NCBI RefSeq assembly: GCF_006345805.1
Contig: NC_043012.1
Location: 31,558,001-31,622,000 of the forward strand
Length of the DNA: 64,000 nucleotides
Origin: Octopus sinensis
Lineage: Eukaryota
Direction of reading: 5' to 3'
Notes under the pieces: generated by a model
The model's database searches: none
What the model saw: the letters and a program-made list of their open reading frames with translations, nothing else
Told to the model about the DNA's origin: nothing
Shown: piece after piece, positions 25,505 through 39,807 of the stretch
How positions within the stretch are numbered: position 1 is the stretch's first letter
Layout of the letters: each line of letters starts with the position of its first letter
Position numbers and translations under genes: made by a program

Positions 25505-28500
25505 ATGGAATCTTGCACCAGCATCAGCTACATTCTCTATTCCGTTACGGAATTTCTTTTCATGAATAGTCAATCATTCCATTCCACCAATATCACATTC
25601 ACATGAGATTATGCATTGTGCCATTAGCAGTTTAATTCGTTATCTTCTTACCATCCATCACTCTAGTACGAACCCTTCACTGCCAAACTCGTGCACTCAT
25701 TCTCACACAACCTCTCAATTACTGAAATATGCGTGCGCACGCGCGCGTTCTCATAGTCACATTCACATATGAAGATCCAAATATTTTTTTTCTGGTACAC
25801 ATACCAATTGAGCTCCAGTATAGCCTCCTCTATATTTTATTTGTAAAGAAGTTTCAACACTAGCCACTTACTGGGCGTGTTGTCCCAACACACCTCCTTC
25901 CCACCTGTGGTACCCATGCTAGTCTCTTATGAACATACATTTGTTTTATTTATATATAATTTCCCCCCTTTTCGTCTTGTATTTGTTGACAAAGGGTCAA
26001 CTGCCCGAAACATCGACGTCTTTTTCTATCCTTCAAAGTATAATGCCTAGCTGTTGTACGTCTGTTCATTGGTTTTTCGAGTTTATCTCGCTTTACTTGT
26101 GATTTACTTTCAGGTTTATACCAAGTGGGCATTCTGCATTGTAGAAGATGTTGAAAGGGCTCAACAGTTTTAGGGTAGAGACTATACACTGTCAGCAGGC
26201 GACTGTTAGAGTGAACACGGGCTTCTGGATAAGTTTAGAATCAGGAGAAGAATACAGCAAAATAGTATTGCTTTAAACTCTACTCTGAAGGGGTAATGCG
26301 GAGGTCAGTGGATAAGTTTGGCTAGATGTATGCGTGCTTTAACGGCCATGACTAAATAACCGTTGTTATGCTGATGACATATGCCGATCGTTATCTATCT
26401 GCTAAGCTCCAGTGATAAAGTTAATTGCGACTTATGTGAGTTTTACCTAGATATCAGCAACAAAACGACCTAGATCGTAGCAACCAGCATGGAACTAGAT
26501 CAGCTTACCATACGACACCAAGTACCTGAACTCTATTAGGGCCCAAACAAGAAACTGTTTATGGGGTGATTGTATCCTCAGTGAAAGTATCAGATTGAAA
26601 ATTCTTTGACCGGTAGCTTTGTATGGGTATGAAGTAAGGTCCAAGAGTTGATGATATCAGTTGACTGAAATCATTGTTGACGATATGTTATAAGCTAGCG
26701 CTTTGCAGCCGTCGGGTAGTCCACCGAACGAACGATTTAATTCTGGAGGAGGTGAGAACAAAGTTGGTGACGCCGATAGCTGCAATATTTTGGCCTCGTT
26801 CTTAGGGCTCAGAACCTCTGTACTCACATCTCCGGAAGTTGGGTGTTAAAAATGGGCTCGTGAGAAACAAAGATAATAAAAAAGAATGACACCTAGGACT
26901 GAGAGCCGAGCACACTGGAGGACTTTACAGTTGTGTCTGAGGCTCCAGGCCTTCAGCTTTGAGAACGAGGAATCGACCAACCGAAATGCACACTAGAATG
27001 AGGCATATATTCGTTTGATTTACTGTTATTATTCTTGTTGTTATCGTCGGATGGACTACTGCTGCTGCTACTACTACTACTACTACTACTCAGGTTTTGT
27101 CTCGAGGTTTCCCTATTAATACAACTTCTCCCGCGTTCAATTGCATCCTACTTTTCCATGAATATTTGAAGAGAAAGTGGTTCAATGTTTACCAACATAA
27201 CTGGATTCTCATTGACTGGATTCTTATTTCCATATTCTAGACTGACTTCTACTCAGCTCTGTAAGGTTTCTGGAAATATTTAGTTCCTACTGTATTCTTA
27301 CATTTAGATAACAAGCCAGTAGTGAACGCTGCAATTTAGTAGATGTTTTACTATGTAACTTTGGTCATATACCTGTGTCCTGATGTAGTAGCCATATTTC
27401 CTTGACTAGTGCAGTAATGACTTGTTCTGCAAGGACGAATTTATAATAGTTTTGTCGTTTATTGACATATATTTGAGTGACATGGCATTTGTAGTTGATA
27501 TAGTATTAGTGTTACTGTTGTCTTCATTTATTGTTACTGATTGGAAGTTAGAATTTCTAAAAGCGGATGATGCATAAATATTTCGCCAAACCGTCAGTGC
27601 AATACAGTTGTAGGAAGTTGACTTCTCATACGTATGTAATTTCCACAGGCAAATTCTTAATGTTGCAACATCCATTATCCTCTTATCCTAAAAATAAGAA
27701 CGCTGGTCAAGTTACAATATATCATTTAATAATTCTATAAACATTTACAAGCTTTATTCAACGTGGTACATATACTAGTAAAATATGTACGTGGTTTTAG
27801 ACGTTTTACATCGCATTTGTTAGTAGCTCTATTCACGCTGCAGCAGGCTAAACTTCAAAGGACTTAGACCTAACATATTCATATGATATACTATAGAAAT
27901 ACTTTTCAGTTGGTAGCATGCGTTATTGTCAAGAAGTAATTATTGCCCAGTAGGAAACTTGGATCAATATTATTTATTTTTTCGGCAGAATAAACGAGTT
28001 ACATCGTAGACTAGGATTAACATCTTATCGGGATAGATAGGATTAACAATAATCGGGATAAAATATTCTTTGTTGTTGTTACTTTCTCAGTTAAACTATA
28101 TTACTAACATATTTGAAAAAGCTCTGAGCCTCACAAATCCAATTTGAATGTGTTGTTCATTTCTGAGTATAAAATAATTATCTTAACCGAACAGCTGTCA
28201 AGTACTGAAGTTGAATTAATCCTAAAATGTTTGGCTTTCTACCGAAGTTACAAATTACTAACATAAACTATCTCACAATCGAATTTTGCAGTTTATTTTT
28301 TCTTGGCGTAACAAAAAACTAGCATCGGATAGTAAATCTATTGCCTACGTTTATTTAAACAGTGTTACACTGATACATAAAGTAAATTTAGACATGAATA
28401 AAGAATAAATAAAATGTGAGGGCTGAACGTATCTGGTGTTGCTTGGTTATATAAATAACATGGCAAACTTTATATCAGTAATCATAAAAATCTTAGTTTT

Positions 28501-31067
28501 ATTTCTGCGATATCAAAGAAACATCTTGAATCTGAATTTCTTTGCGATCACAGAAAATATGTGTAGTTTATGAGGTATATTTCAGTCAAAAATAAAAAGC
28601 TAAAATATTTAATGCTTCCCTATAAAGATTATTATTTCTTTTTGACTAAGTTAGATGTTGTTGCTTTTCTTTTGTCCCGGGTCAACCATGAATGAGCCGG
28701 ATAATAACAAAAGACTTTGTAACCCATATACGAAGTGGTAACATCTCCTTTGTTTTATGGGCATTTAGAACTATATTATCGAATCGTCCTTTTCTTTTTT
28801 AAGAGGTTATTTTGAGAACAATGCGCTCGCTGTTTCTAACAAGTTTGATTACTGTCTAAAACTCACTTCGATAGCTTGATTTATAGACGTCAAGAGACAA
28901 AAGTTATTTCCATCGCTTACTGTCGAACTATTAACCATACCAGAGGCAATGTTACTAAATGTTTAAAGCAGTGTATTTTGTCTGACGAGGGATAACCATT
29001 ATCTCTCTTTCATAAATAGGAGACTTGGTTATTCACAAAAGGATGATCCTTATTTATTCGATTATTTACAAAAAATAATTTTCAGCAAGAAAATCTGATC
29101 TCATTTCGAATCAGGAAGATCCATAGCCAGATAGACACACATGCGTATATATATAATCGGTTTCCGTTATTTTAGACTGATTAGGGCTATATCCTCCTCT
29201 GGATACGACGCTGGTTTGTCAAGGGAAATTTGCTCACAGACGAAACTAATAGTTCAAACGTATGAAATAACTCAACTGGGTATTCCACCAACAGCTAGGA
29301 GTAGTGAGTCATATCGTCTACGTATTCTATGTAATCTACATAGATATAAGTGGATTCAACCGTGGAAAACTTAAATATTTCGGCAGTACAGATGATTGAC
29401 CGCGCGTCGCTGGCTCCTTTCTTGGTTCTTCATTATTCAATTAGTGGACAATTATCTTGGATCTTACGTTGTTTATAGCAAGAAAGACTTCCCGACATGT
29501 AAGAAACTAGTCTGGTGGGCCTGTAATAATTTTCAAAACATTTGGCAATCGTGCATTTCATACTTAACAAACACGGTCTTCTTCAGTATATCTTTTCAGA
29601 GTATTCTTCTCTATGAAAAAGAAGCTTCAAGGCTTTTCACGAAGCTACAAAATAACTATGGTCTGAACAAAAGGCTAAAGAGAAGATTAATGGACCCCCC
29701 CCCCCAGCTGTATTTCTGTTATTTAACACAACATTTGTTAAATGCTATACTTTAGAAACGTCTGCATTCTTGTAGACAGCAAAGCCAATTTATCTTAACT
29801 TGATGCTATCAAGTGATATACGCAACATGAAGTTGAGGACATAACAAAGCTAATAACGAAGAGAGACCCTTGGTATGGCACTAGAGATCATTGGTATGGC
29901 ATTATGAAATGCATCTCTGTTGCAGCCACTTGGAATTAGATTTTCTGAAAATTAGTTCTGAAGTTTTCACGTGGCAAATTGTTGGCTGCATATGTAAATA
30001 TCAACTCAAAGAGAATTGTATAAAATGTTTAAAAGTTTTGAGGAGCTGGGAATATTAGGTGTAGAGTAGTCCTTTCTACTGGAATTAGTTGTAGCGATCT
30101 GAGCGGAGTTATTAAGTCAAATTCTGAACACTGTTCCTTCTTAAAAACATATTAATAACTCGCATTGTTCTGATGAGCTAGATAACAAAGCACCGAGTCA
30201 ATGTAGCATGATACTAGATATTAAACACCATACAAAACACTCTAAGTAATAGCTTTCTAGCTAACAATAGAATTATTTTTTTAAAGTTAATATTCAGACA
30301 TTGTATTGACAAAATGATATGTTGCAAAATGCGTTAAATCTATGTTTTGGTAATTTTAACAAAATTGGCAAGTTTAGCGTTAGTGTTATTAATGGCGTGG
30401 TTGACAAAATAGGCAAATAGAGATAGTTTACTTAGATACAGAATGCACACCAAAATAATTATTTGAAAACGAAGACTAAATTTTTATCGAGAATTACAAA
30501 TAAAAGATTACAATGAAATGAATGAGCGTCCATGTAATCATTTCTGTTTCCGTGTAATTATTCTTCAGAATGAGATATATTGAATTAAAAGTTTGTACTG
30601 GGTGAACCAATGATAGCTTCAACAATTTTGTTTTTGAAACATTTGTGCTTCAAATATTGATAATGTAATTAGAACAGCTGCATTGTTCCCACTGCAATTG
30701 TTTTTGGTTACTGTTTCTTTCTGTTAGATATTTATATTTTTTTATACTTTAATGGAGATAATAGCTTTGCCAACATTATAGTGTTTATTTTTTTACTTTC
30801 TCTGCTGTGTATTTTCACTAAAATATATTCTCATTTCATCAATCCCAATTTCATGTTTTGAGAATATTTACCTCAGGTACATTTTCAATATAGCTCTCAG
30901 AATTTCTTCAATGTGCAAGAATCTGTATTGTATTCAGTATTCGTATAAGATATGCATGTGGGGATAAAACAGAATAAGGTTGTGTAAGGTAATTTTCTTT
31001 TATCGAATATTTCCAAATATCTCTAAAATCTATTTTATACATATTCTTACATACGTACATACACCCG

Positions 31068-31110
<43 letters not shown>

Positions 31111-31511
31111 TTACACATATATACATATATATATGCATGCCTACACACATATATACATATATATACCTGCACACTTACATACATATATATGTATGCACAC
31201 TTACATATATATATATATATATATAATTTCAGCAATTGAGGGTAAAATTAATTAATTATTAATCAATTTCACCAAGTATTCAGTATGTAAAGGGACCATT
31301 TTAGGCGAATTCAAAATATTACATTATATATAAGGGCTTAGTAAAATAAATTACTTTGCCACATACTGAACTCATTAGAAATAGCAGCTAAAGAAATTTC
31401 TTCAGCTATTTCTAATACTTAAAGAAGATCTCTCTCAGATAGTGTTTGCCTAAACCAACTCACAAAGGTATGGGGGAAAAAAACATTAAAAAATCAAGTG
31501 CAAAGGTTATT

Positions 31512-31563
31512 TGAGAACGTACGTTTCTAGATTAGTCAATTCGACATTTCTTTCGTCAGCTCA
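31512..31563 (-). ncRNA. Type I hammerhead ribozyme motif (left arm)
   Basis: Reverse complement of 32148-32199. Confidence 0.7.
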
Positions 31564-32147
31564 GAATTCCTTGAATCGGATTTGGGAACACTGAAAGTTG
31601 GGAGCATACCCTTTCGGCTTCTCATCACCTCTAGAATTCTGCTCGAACTAAAAGTGCTATCAAATTCGAATATGCAAGCGAAGAATTTCTGCTCTCCCCT
31701 TTCCACCAGCGTGGGTTAAAATTGACAAACACCATGTATTAACGGTGAAGACCGCAGCATTTAACAGAGAGAGATGAATTATAATTTCAGCAATTGAGGG
31801 TAAAATTAATTAATTATTAATCAATTTCACCAAGTATTTTGAATTCGCCTAAAATGGTCCCTTTACATACTGAATACTTGGTGAAATTGATTAATAATTA
31901 ATTAATTTTACCCTCAATTGCTGAAATTATAATTCATCTCTCTCTGTTAAATGCTGCGGTCTTCACCGTTAATACATGGTGTTTGTCAATTTTAACCCAC
32001 GCTGGTGGAAAGGGGAGAGCAGAAATTCTTCGCTTGCATATTCGAATTTGATAGCACTTTTAGTTCGAGCAGAATTCTAGAGGTGATGAGAAGCCGAAAG
32101 GGTATGCTCCCAACTTTCAGTGTTCCCAAATCCGATTCAAGGAATTC

Positions 32148-32199
32148 TGAGCTGACGAAAGAAATGTCGAATTGACTAATCTAGAAACGTACGTTCTCA
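32148..32199 (+). ncRNA. Type I hammerhead ribozyme motif (right arm)
   Basis: TGAG-CTGACGA-A-AGA.aat.GTC-gaatt-GAC.taa.TCT-A-GAAA-CGTACG-TT-CTCA; palindromic stem III ACGTACGT; stem II is weak. Confidence 0.7.
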
Positions 32200-32378
32200 A
32201 ATAACCTTTGCACTTGATTTTTTAATGTTTTTTTCCCCCATACCTTTGTGAGTTGGTTTAGGCAAACACTATCTGAGAGAGATCTTCTTTAAGTATTAGA
32301 AATAGCTGAAGAAATTTCTTTAGCTGCTATTTCTAATGAGTTCAGTATGTGGCAAAGTAATTTATTTTACTAAGCCCT

Positions 32379-32421
<43 letters not shown>

Positions 32422-35400
32422 ATATGCATACTTATACACAAAGTTATTCACAAGTATATTGATTGACATACATGCAGACATGCACAGGAACATATACGTA
32501 TGTATATACATCTCTTATTCTTAAACAAGAATACTATTGACAGCAACTTTGCATATATACATGCACACGTATACGAAAGTAGGTTCACACACACACACTC
32601 ACACACACACACACACACACATACACACACACACACACACACTCACACACACACACACACACAAATACACATTGGTCATGCTGGAATATTGTCTTTATCA
32701 GACATGCTGTGTGGGTAGGAAAATATGCAAAAAACAAGCAATTGAATATATACAGGCCTTTTGATATTGTCTGAAAGACGAGACTCTACCCGGCCCTTAA
32801 AAGTAGATCTGTAATCCATGGTGAGATATCAAGCATGATTGAAGATTTGCAGAGGGAAAAAAAGGAACTGCGAACGTTTGTGGGACAAAATAAAAATGGT
32901 ATATCATTAACAAACCTGGAAGACCACTGTAAAAATCAGTACATATATCGGGTTCTAATAACCCTCTTAGGCTTAGTTTAGATGTGAACGTCATATAGGA
33001 ACCTTTAGTTAAGAATGAAAGCATATCATAACATCCCCAAATAGTTCAGAGCTCCTCATCCTTTTATTTAACAGTCCAATAGGTCAATGGCTGAGGAGTA
33101 TAAGTGTTGGTCGAGTGTTAAGTCTTGCAGTTTATATGGTGGGCATCAGAAGAAAGAATATAACTAGCTTACTAAACCATTAAGTGGAATGGCGAGGAAG
33201 TTACCCTGGTACGGACAACAGATGGGAATAATCAACGCCTAAGGATTAAATAAAGGATTCTTCGCCAAATTCCGAGAATGGTATCTTATTCGATGCACGC
33301 CTGAAGAAGGCCTGAGCATAGAACGACAGAAATGTTTTGAATATAACAACCCTGAAGAAGATACTAGTCCGAATATTTTAGTGTATAATAAAGTCGTGTT
33401 TGAGAAATCCTGTCAAAGTGACAAATATTCCTTTCCTGTCTGTATTACCTAAATGTTTGCAATACATAAATGTTTTCTTATATTATGCCGTATGTTCCTT
33501 TCCTTAAAATTATTTTAACAATTATTTTACTCCCACTTCATTTTAGAACAAGTTTTTGTTATATCCAATTGTAATTTAGGCTGCTTCAATTTGCTATATT
33601 TTATCCCGTCTGACTCAATTCACAAAGCTTAGAATACATTACTATTCAATATTAATGAAATTTTCAATATTAGTCGTCTAGATTTTATTAACATGATTTA
33701 TTCTCCACTATATTATATTTTGTAACATTAACTATTAATATTAATGTAGTTGACAATATTAGTCCAACATTTTATTCTGCTTGTTTCGCTTAACCGTTGT
33801 ATTAATCTGTCTTAAAACAATACATTATACATATCTCCTCAGAACGGCCAATGGATTCCAATCATTAAACCTCAACTTTGATATTACTTCTCCTTCTCAG
33901 TCAAACCTCAATTACGCCTCTTTGCCCAACCAAAACTATTCGCCACTTCAGCTAATACTATTGATTCTCTGCCGTCATATATTCATTGTCACATCGTTTA
34001 TGAATGATTTCAAGTGTACTTAAATTTTTCCCATTCTTATCTCTCCTCAATAATTATACAGCTCATTCTTCTCATCATATCGTATTCCCTTTTACTGCTA
34101 CTGTCCGCAACGGTCTTATGTATCTTAGCTTACTTTTAATCCTTTTAACTCACTTAAGACCGGCTTCAGCATCAACACAATCTATCCATCATTCCAAATT
34201 TCAATACACCATATCCCACCTAAGCTTTAACTAAAACTCGCCATATTCCCGTACAGTTTTCATTTAGCTTTTAATATCTTTGCTCTGTTTATATTTTTAT
34301 TTCAACTTCAACGATGACTCCGAGGGTTTATAAACTTATCCCCGCCCCCTTGCGATCTGTTAAGTTTTGTTACAACTTTAACATACCGTAACTTACCCAT
34401 CGCTTCCTATACATAAGCATTTTTATTTACTTCAGTGTAGAACAATTCTCTTCTTTAAAGTAGTTTAGAAGTGGTTTTCTAACACCTGCTCCTCTCATTT
34501 GAATTTACAAGTGTTGATCTCACCCCGCCCGCAGTGAATTCTTTATCTTAAATTTATCAGTTCACTCTTTGATAAATTTGCTTTGAAATAAAACAAAGAA
34601 GCTATTTATAAGAGGTTTCTCGATTAAAAATCAATATTCCAAACTTACACTTCATATAATGAATACTTTGAAAGCTTGCCTAACAGATATTTAAAAATAA
34701 GTATGTGTGTATATTATGTGTTTATGAATGCATGTGGATATATTTATGTATGTAAGCATGTATAATACTTACATACATACATATAGACATACATACGTGC
34801 ATACATATTTATATATATGTGTGTGTGTTTGAGTGTGTGTGTGGACATACATGCAAACACATCACACATATATACATATAGAGACACTCATAGCACACGC
34901 ATACAGTTCATATACAAACACACATATATAACATACATATACAAACGCGCACGAATTCTAGCCGAATATTGGTTTTATGACCGAATCAACCGTTGAAATG
35001 TCTGGTAGAGATTTCCTTAGGAGTCGAATATTAACGAATGGTTGATGAGGTCAGTTCAGACAGAAATATTTAAAATCACAAAAATAAACAAAAACATTTG
35101 TAAAATGAAGCATTTAAGAAGCCCCTTAATAAAACTTGACCTATATTCGAAAAGGAATTATGGGATAGGGAAACACGATTATGTGCGTTATCTTGCAGTT
35201 TCCTGTTTAAAATATATTTAAATTCTGTCTACAAATATTAAGTAAGTTTTAACTCTGTATCCCCTTGTTAATAATATTTTTCTTAAAGATGTCAGGAGAA
35301 ATAACTTTTACCCTTTAAAATGTTTATGTTTACTCACTTTAGTTTACATTAGAATAATTCAAGAGTCTTATGATACTTAAGAAAAAAATTTAGGACCAAA

Positions 35401-35427
35401 ATATTAGTAATTAGGTACATATTAAAA

Positions 35428-35780
35428 GGAAGGGATAACGCAATTACCTGGCCACCTCGTTGCTCGGATGTCATTCCCATGGACTTTTCTCTATGGGGTT
35501 ATGTTAAAGATAATATGTATCGAACAAAGATACAGGACATCAATGACCTGAAGCAACGGATCTCTGAATTCCATTGGCACCATTGATAAGGTTATGTTAC
35601 AGCGAACGTGGCAAGAAATTAATTACCGTGTTCATGAGATTTGTACAACTAATGGTGCTTAAATAGAGATATATTAAATGAAGCCAAAAAAAAACTTCAC
35701 TTTCTACTCTACATTTTGCACAGATTTATATATTTATTTACTTTTGTAACATATTTTTGAAATTGTGAAGAGACTTTATA
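35428..35780 (+). mobile_element. Tc1/mariner-superfamily transposase C-terminal relic
   Basis: Translates GRDNAITWPPRCSDVIPMDFSLWGYVKDNMY, matching the WPPRSPDLTPxDFFLWGYVK motif. Confidence 0.8.
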
Positions 35781-37306
35781 CACACACACATACATTGTAT
35801 GTGTGTGTATGCAAGTATGTATATACGTACACACACGTTTTAAAAGGAGAGTGCGTCAAACAAATGAGATATTAAAAATCTAATTGGTTCTGCTCTAATA
35901 TTAAACGTTAAATTCATCTCATAATGTTATTTTGCTGCGTATAAAGAAAAAATACTGCTACTCCATCTCATATTAGTAGTCTGGACTATATTATAGAACT
36001 TAAAAGAAAGCAAACGTTGTTAGGAGATATCTGACATGTTACCTTATTTTCATTGATTTCTTTTTCATTATTCTTACAATTATTTCGGTTTCACACTAAA
36101 TTATTTGTGAAATTCTAATTTTGGTCACACAGAAAATTAACATTGCCGGTGATAACACAAGTGTGCAAACTATGTCTGTGTGTATGTAGGTCAAATTATG
36201 ATGATGGCTTAGATTACCAGATCAGATTGCTGTGCGTAGTGTTCTGAAGCAAAACACTTCATCTCACTTTGCTTCAGTCACCTCATCTGTAAATAGATAA
36301 CTATGCGATGGACTGGAGTTGCTTTCAGAGGAAGAATGTTGGCCTGCCCGCCTAGACAGTGGAGAGGTATAGTTCGAAAGTTACAATAAGAGGAGGTGCA
36401 TTGTATATTAAAAAAATCCGATATTCTGATCTCTGCATCCTGGTCTCTATTATGATAAGTTAAGCATTATTCTGCTAAATATTAATATGCTTTGTAGACC
36501 CTCACTAGCGTCATGTTGATTTAAGAGAATCGATCTTCTGATAATTATTGATGCGAGCTGATCGAATTAACGTGCTCCTTATAAATTCAATATTCAATTT
36601 TCAGTACAATTCAGTGAATATAATCAGTGATAAGAGCGAATTTAGTGATAAAATCATTTTACCTTTCACATCTGATTCACAAACAAGAGCAATAATAACA
36701 TTAGTAGTTTACGCTAGTTTCTCCATAATACTAAAAAGATATTTTGTTTGCGTCATAAAATAATAATAAATTCCCGTTTCTATATCCGAAGAGTCTTTCA
36801 TTTATATGCCATTTCTCAAAATACCAACATAAGAAAATATAGAATAAAATAGAAAATGATTTCTGTTGAAATGGAAAATGTTTGTGCGCTGGGGACGAGC
36901 ACTTCAGAACACAAAAGCTGTTACTTTTGTAATTACATATTTCCATGTCCTTCGAAAATGTCAATATAGTCTACTAGTTTTTATTACACAAAGGAAATGA
37001 AACAATTTCTATTCTGTATTGTGGCTTTGGACGAATCATTTAACTTGCCGTGAGATTATTCGACTTTATTCTCGTGTTTGGAAATTACTATTCTAGGCCA
37101 CAGGAAGTAAACATTTAACAAAAATGCGGAACATGGTAAAACTGTGATATAATATAGAGTCATAAAAGAAGATTTTGTCCAATGAAAAGTTTACTCTTCG
37201 TTCGTCACAGACCTCTCCATCATCGGACAGTTTCTGCATATTACTCTACCACTGGTATTTGAGTACTCTTTTTTTCCACCTTGTTTCACATTTATGTGTT
37301 TACTCC

Positions 37307-37353
<47 letters not shown>

Positions 37354-37369
37354 TATATATATGTATAAT

Positions 37370-39275
37370 TCAAATTTACCGAAAACAAAAGACGAAGACA
37401 GGTGACAGAACACAGTCAGGTGTATTAGTTTAACGCACAGGAAGAATGGAAAAGTCTTTGACATTTCAAGTCTAAACTCTGTGACAGAAAGGATTAAGAG
37501 GAAAAATAAAACGGGAGAGAGAAGGAAAGAAATACGGAGAGAGGAAACATATGTATAGGGAATAACGGTTCAACATGATGAGATAGCCGTAAGAAAGAGG
37601 CTGAGTGGAAGGGAGATAATAACGGTGACTCGGTCGAACGATGGGCAAACGCGTGTTTGTATGTGAGAATGGTGAGTGGGGCGAGTGCGTAAGTATATAT
37701 GCAGTTATGGGCGAGCTTAAAATTATGTGGGCCTGTGTGTGTGTGCTTCTAAGTAACCTAGTGCGTACATGTTGTGCGTTTCATGTACTAGTATGTATCT
37801 CAGTGTGTGTGTGTGTGTGTGTGTGTGTTTGGACGTGTGTACATATGTGTAGTGTTATCATGTGCGTGTGTGTGTGTGTGTGTGCGTGTTTGCGCGTGCA
37901 CGTTTGTATGGATGCAAACGCATGAGCCTGTGTGTGTGTATGTGTACAAGTAGGTTAGTGCGTGCGTTGTGTGGAGTGATGTACGTTTCGTGTATTTGTG
38001 TGTATGTGTGTGTGCTTATAGACGTATGTATATGTGCGTGAGGCTATCGTGTGTGTGTGTGTGTGTGCGTGCGTGTGCAAACGCTTCTGTTTAGCAGTTG
38101 ATGTGTGCTTGTTCGGGTGGTGTGTGCACGTGTGTGTGTGAAACCCTATAGTGTGCATATGTATTGTGTATGTTTTTGTGCCACAGTTGTATGCGTTTAT
38201 GCGTGCTGCGTCAGTGCGTATACTGCCTGTGTCCGGGCGTTTTGCGCACTGTGCGTGCTTTTTGAAGTGAATAATGTGTTGTGAGATAGGGGTGGCAAGA
38301 TATAGGGTATCGGAGGTGGGATTGGGCTGAGATGAAGCGAAATAGGAGAGATGAGGTGGGATAGGGGTGAGGGGATGTGGGATATGGTTGAGGGAAGATG
38401 GGATAGGGGTGAGGGAAAGGCGGGATAGGGGTGAGGGAAGGTGGGATAGGGATGAGGGGAAGTTGGGATAAGGGTGAGGAGAGGTGGGATAGGGGTGAGG
38501 GGAGGTGGGATAGGGGTGAGGGGAAGGCGGGATAGGGGTGAGGGAAGGTGGGATAGGGATGAGGGGAAGTTGGGATAAGGGTGAGGAGAGGTGGGATAGG
38601 GGTGAGGGGAGGTGGGATAGGGGTGAGGGGAAGATGGGATAGGGGTGAGGGGAAGATGGGATAGGGTTGACGGGAGTCAAAGGTTGGCAGATATTGGGTG
38701 CTAGTGTGTGTGAATGCATGTGAGTGTGTGTGGATGTAGGAATGTTCATAATGGTGTTCGGTGTGTATACTGAGTTGAACAGTGTGTAGGGGTGTTTGTA
38801 TACACCCCCTATAGTGGCGTGTGTGTGTGGGGGATTATGGTTTGTTGTGTGGGTATTGGGAGGCGCTGGGTGCTGGTGTGTATGGAGGGGGAAGTTGTGT
38901 ATGGGTGTGCGCGCAATGATGTGTGAGGTGAGTTGAGCAGTGTGTTTGGGTGTTTGCACAGTGGTGTGTGGTGAGGGCCTAGTTAGTCGGTGCGCAGGTG
39001 TGGAGGTGGAGGGAAGGGGCTATTGAAAGTGGGAGGTGTCTGGGAAATTGTGTGGGGTTGGAGTTAGATGAAGAGAGAGAGAGAGGTAAATTCTTCAGAC
39101 CACAAGGAGGAAAGGAATGTAGGGAGAAGATTAAATCCTGTTCACAGCGAAGGCGGGAGTCCCGTTGGCCCCTGAGCAGGCAGAAACAGTCCAAACATTG
39201 ACATGTTGTAGCGAATGAACGGTGGAGCAGAAGTGGCGCGAGACCGGGATGTCATTGCCGAGTCTGATGTTTTGG
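37370..39275 (-). mobile_element. 3' end of a second Penelope-like element: GIY-YIG C-terminus, long simple-repeat 3' UTR, pLTR-like end next to (TA)n
   Basis: Minus-strand LQNIRLGNDIPVSRHF...H and RLRCEQDLIFSLHSFPPCGL (PLE endonuclease C-terminal pattern); the end is homologous to the 15900 and 55545 fragments. Confidence 0.65.
38345..38668. repeat. G-rich ~21-22-bp minisatellite (GGGATAGGGGTGAGGGGAAGGT-like)
   Basis: About 15 units, with a ~107-bp higher-order duplication. Confidence 0.9.
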
Positions 39276-39279
39276 AGGT

Positions 39280-39490
39280 TTCAAATTTTGCCACAAGGGC
39301 AGCAATTTTGGGAGAGGATATGAGTCGGTTACATCGATCCCAGTAAACAACTGGTACTCATTTTATCGACCCAGAGGGGATCAAAGGCGAAGTCGACTTC
39401 GACGGAATTTGAACTCGGAACATAAAGACGGACGAAATAACACTAAGCATTTTACCTGGCGTGCTAACGATTCTGCCAGCGTGCCAACTT
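39280..39490 (-). mobile_element. SINE family B, diverged, tail type 2
   Basis: CTGGTACTCATTTTATCGACCC...GGAATTTGAACTC...GCTAACGATTCTGCCAGC. Confidence 0.75.
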
Positions 39491-39807
39491 CCTTTCGTAA
39501 GATATAATGAGACGTAGATCAGACCTAAACATAAAGTTTCACATTATTTAGCATACAAAGTCTCTTGTTGAAAATGTCCTAGCTCTTTGCAAAACGTTCA
39601 AATCTATACTCCAGATCATCTTGTGTGCACAAAACTTATCCAACAATATTTGTAACGGTAAAAATAAGCTTGACCTAATAAGTGTACCATTAGTTTAAAC
39701 TCATCTCCTTTCTACTTCTGTATCTCTGCTGCCAATCATCAACCAAATCACTAAATGCATTCTATTTTGTAACATGCACTGCATTAACATTGTGGCCTCA
39801 GATATAG

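Larger units (their letters stand above)
31222..32386. mobile_element. HHR-containing non-coding element (558-bp monomer) as a partial tandem plus inverted copy, flanked by (TA)n
   Basis: Direct repeat 31222-31280 = 31780-31838; inverted arms 31325-31838 and 31873-32386 around a 34-bp spacer. Confidence 0.9.

Noticed and set aside
21050-30900. Repeat-poor stretch that might hold host exons (e.g. ORF 29396-29755)
   Set aside because: No recognisable domain or convincing exon; RNA-seq or homology evidence would be needed
31925-32035. Possible twister ribozyme in the 558-bp monomer
   Set aside because: The conserved loop-4 motif and pseudoknot pairings could not be found by eye
33295-33345. 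CTGAAGA...GAAATGTT hammerhead candidate
   Set aside because: Stems I and II do not pair convincingly; at best a decayed relative of the 3716 motif
37955-38959. 334-aa Pro/His-rich ORF
   Set aside because: Produced by (CA)n and the G-rich minisatellite in the PLE 3' UTR
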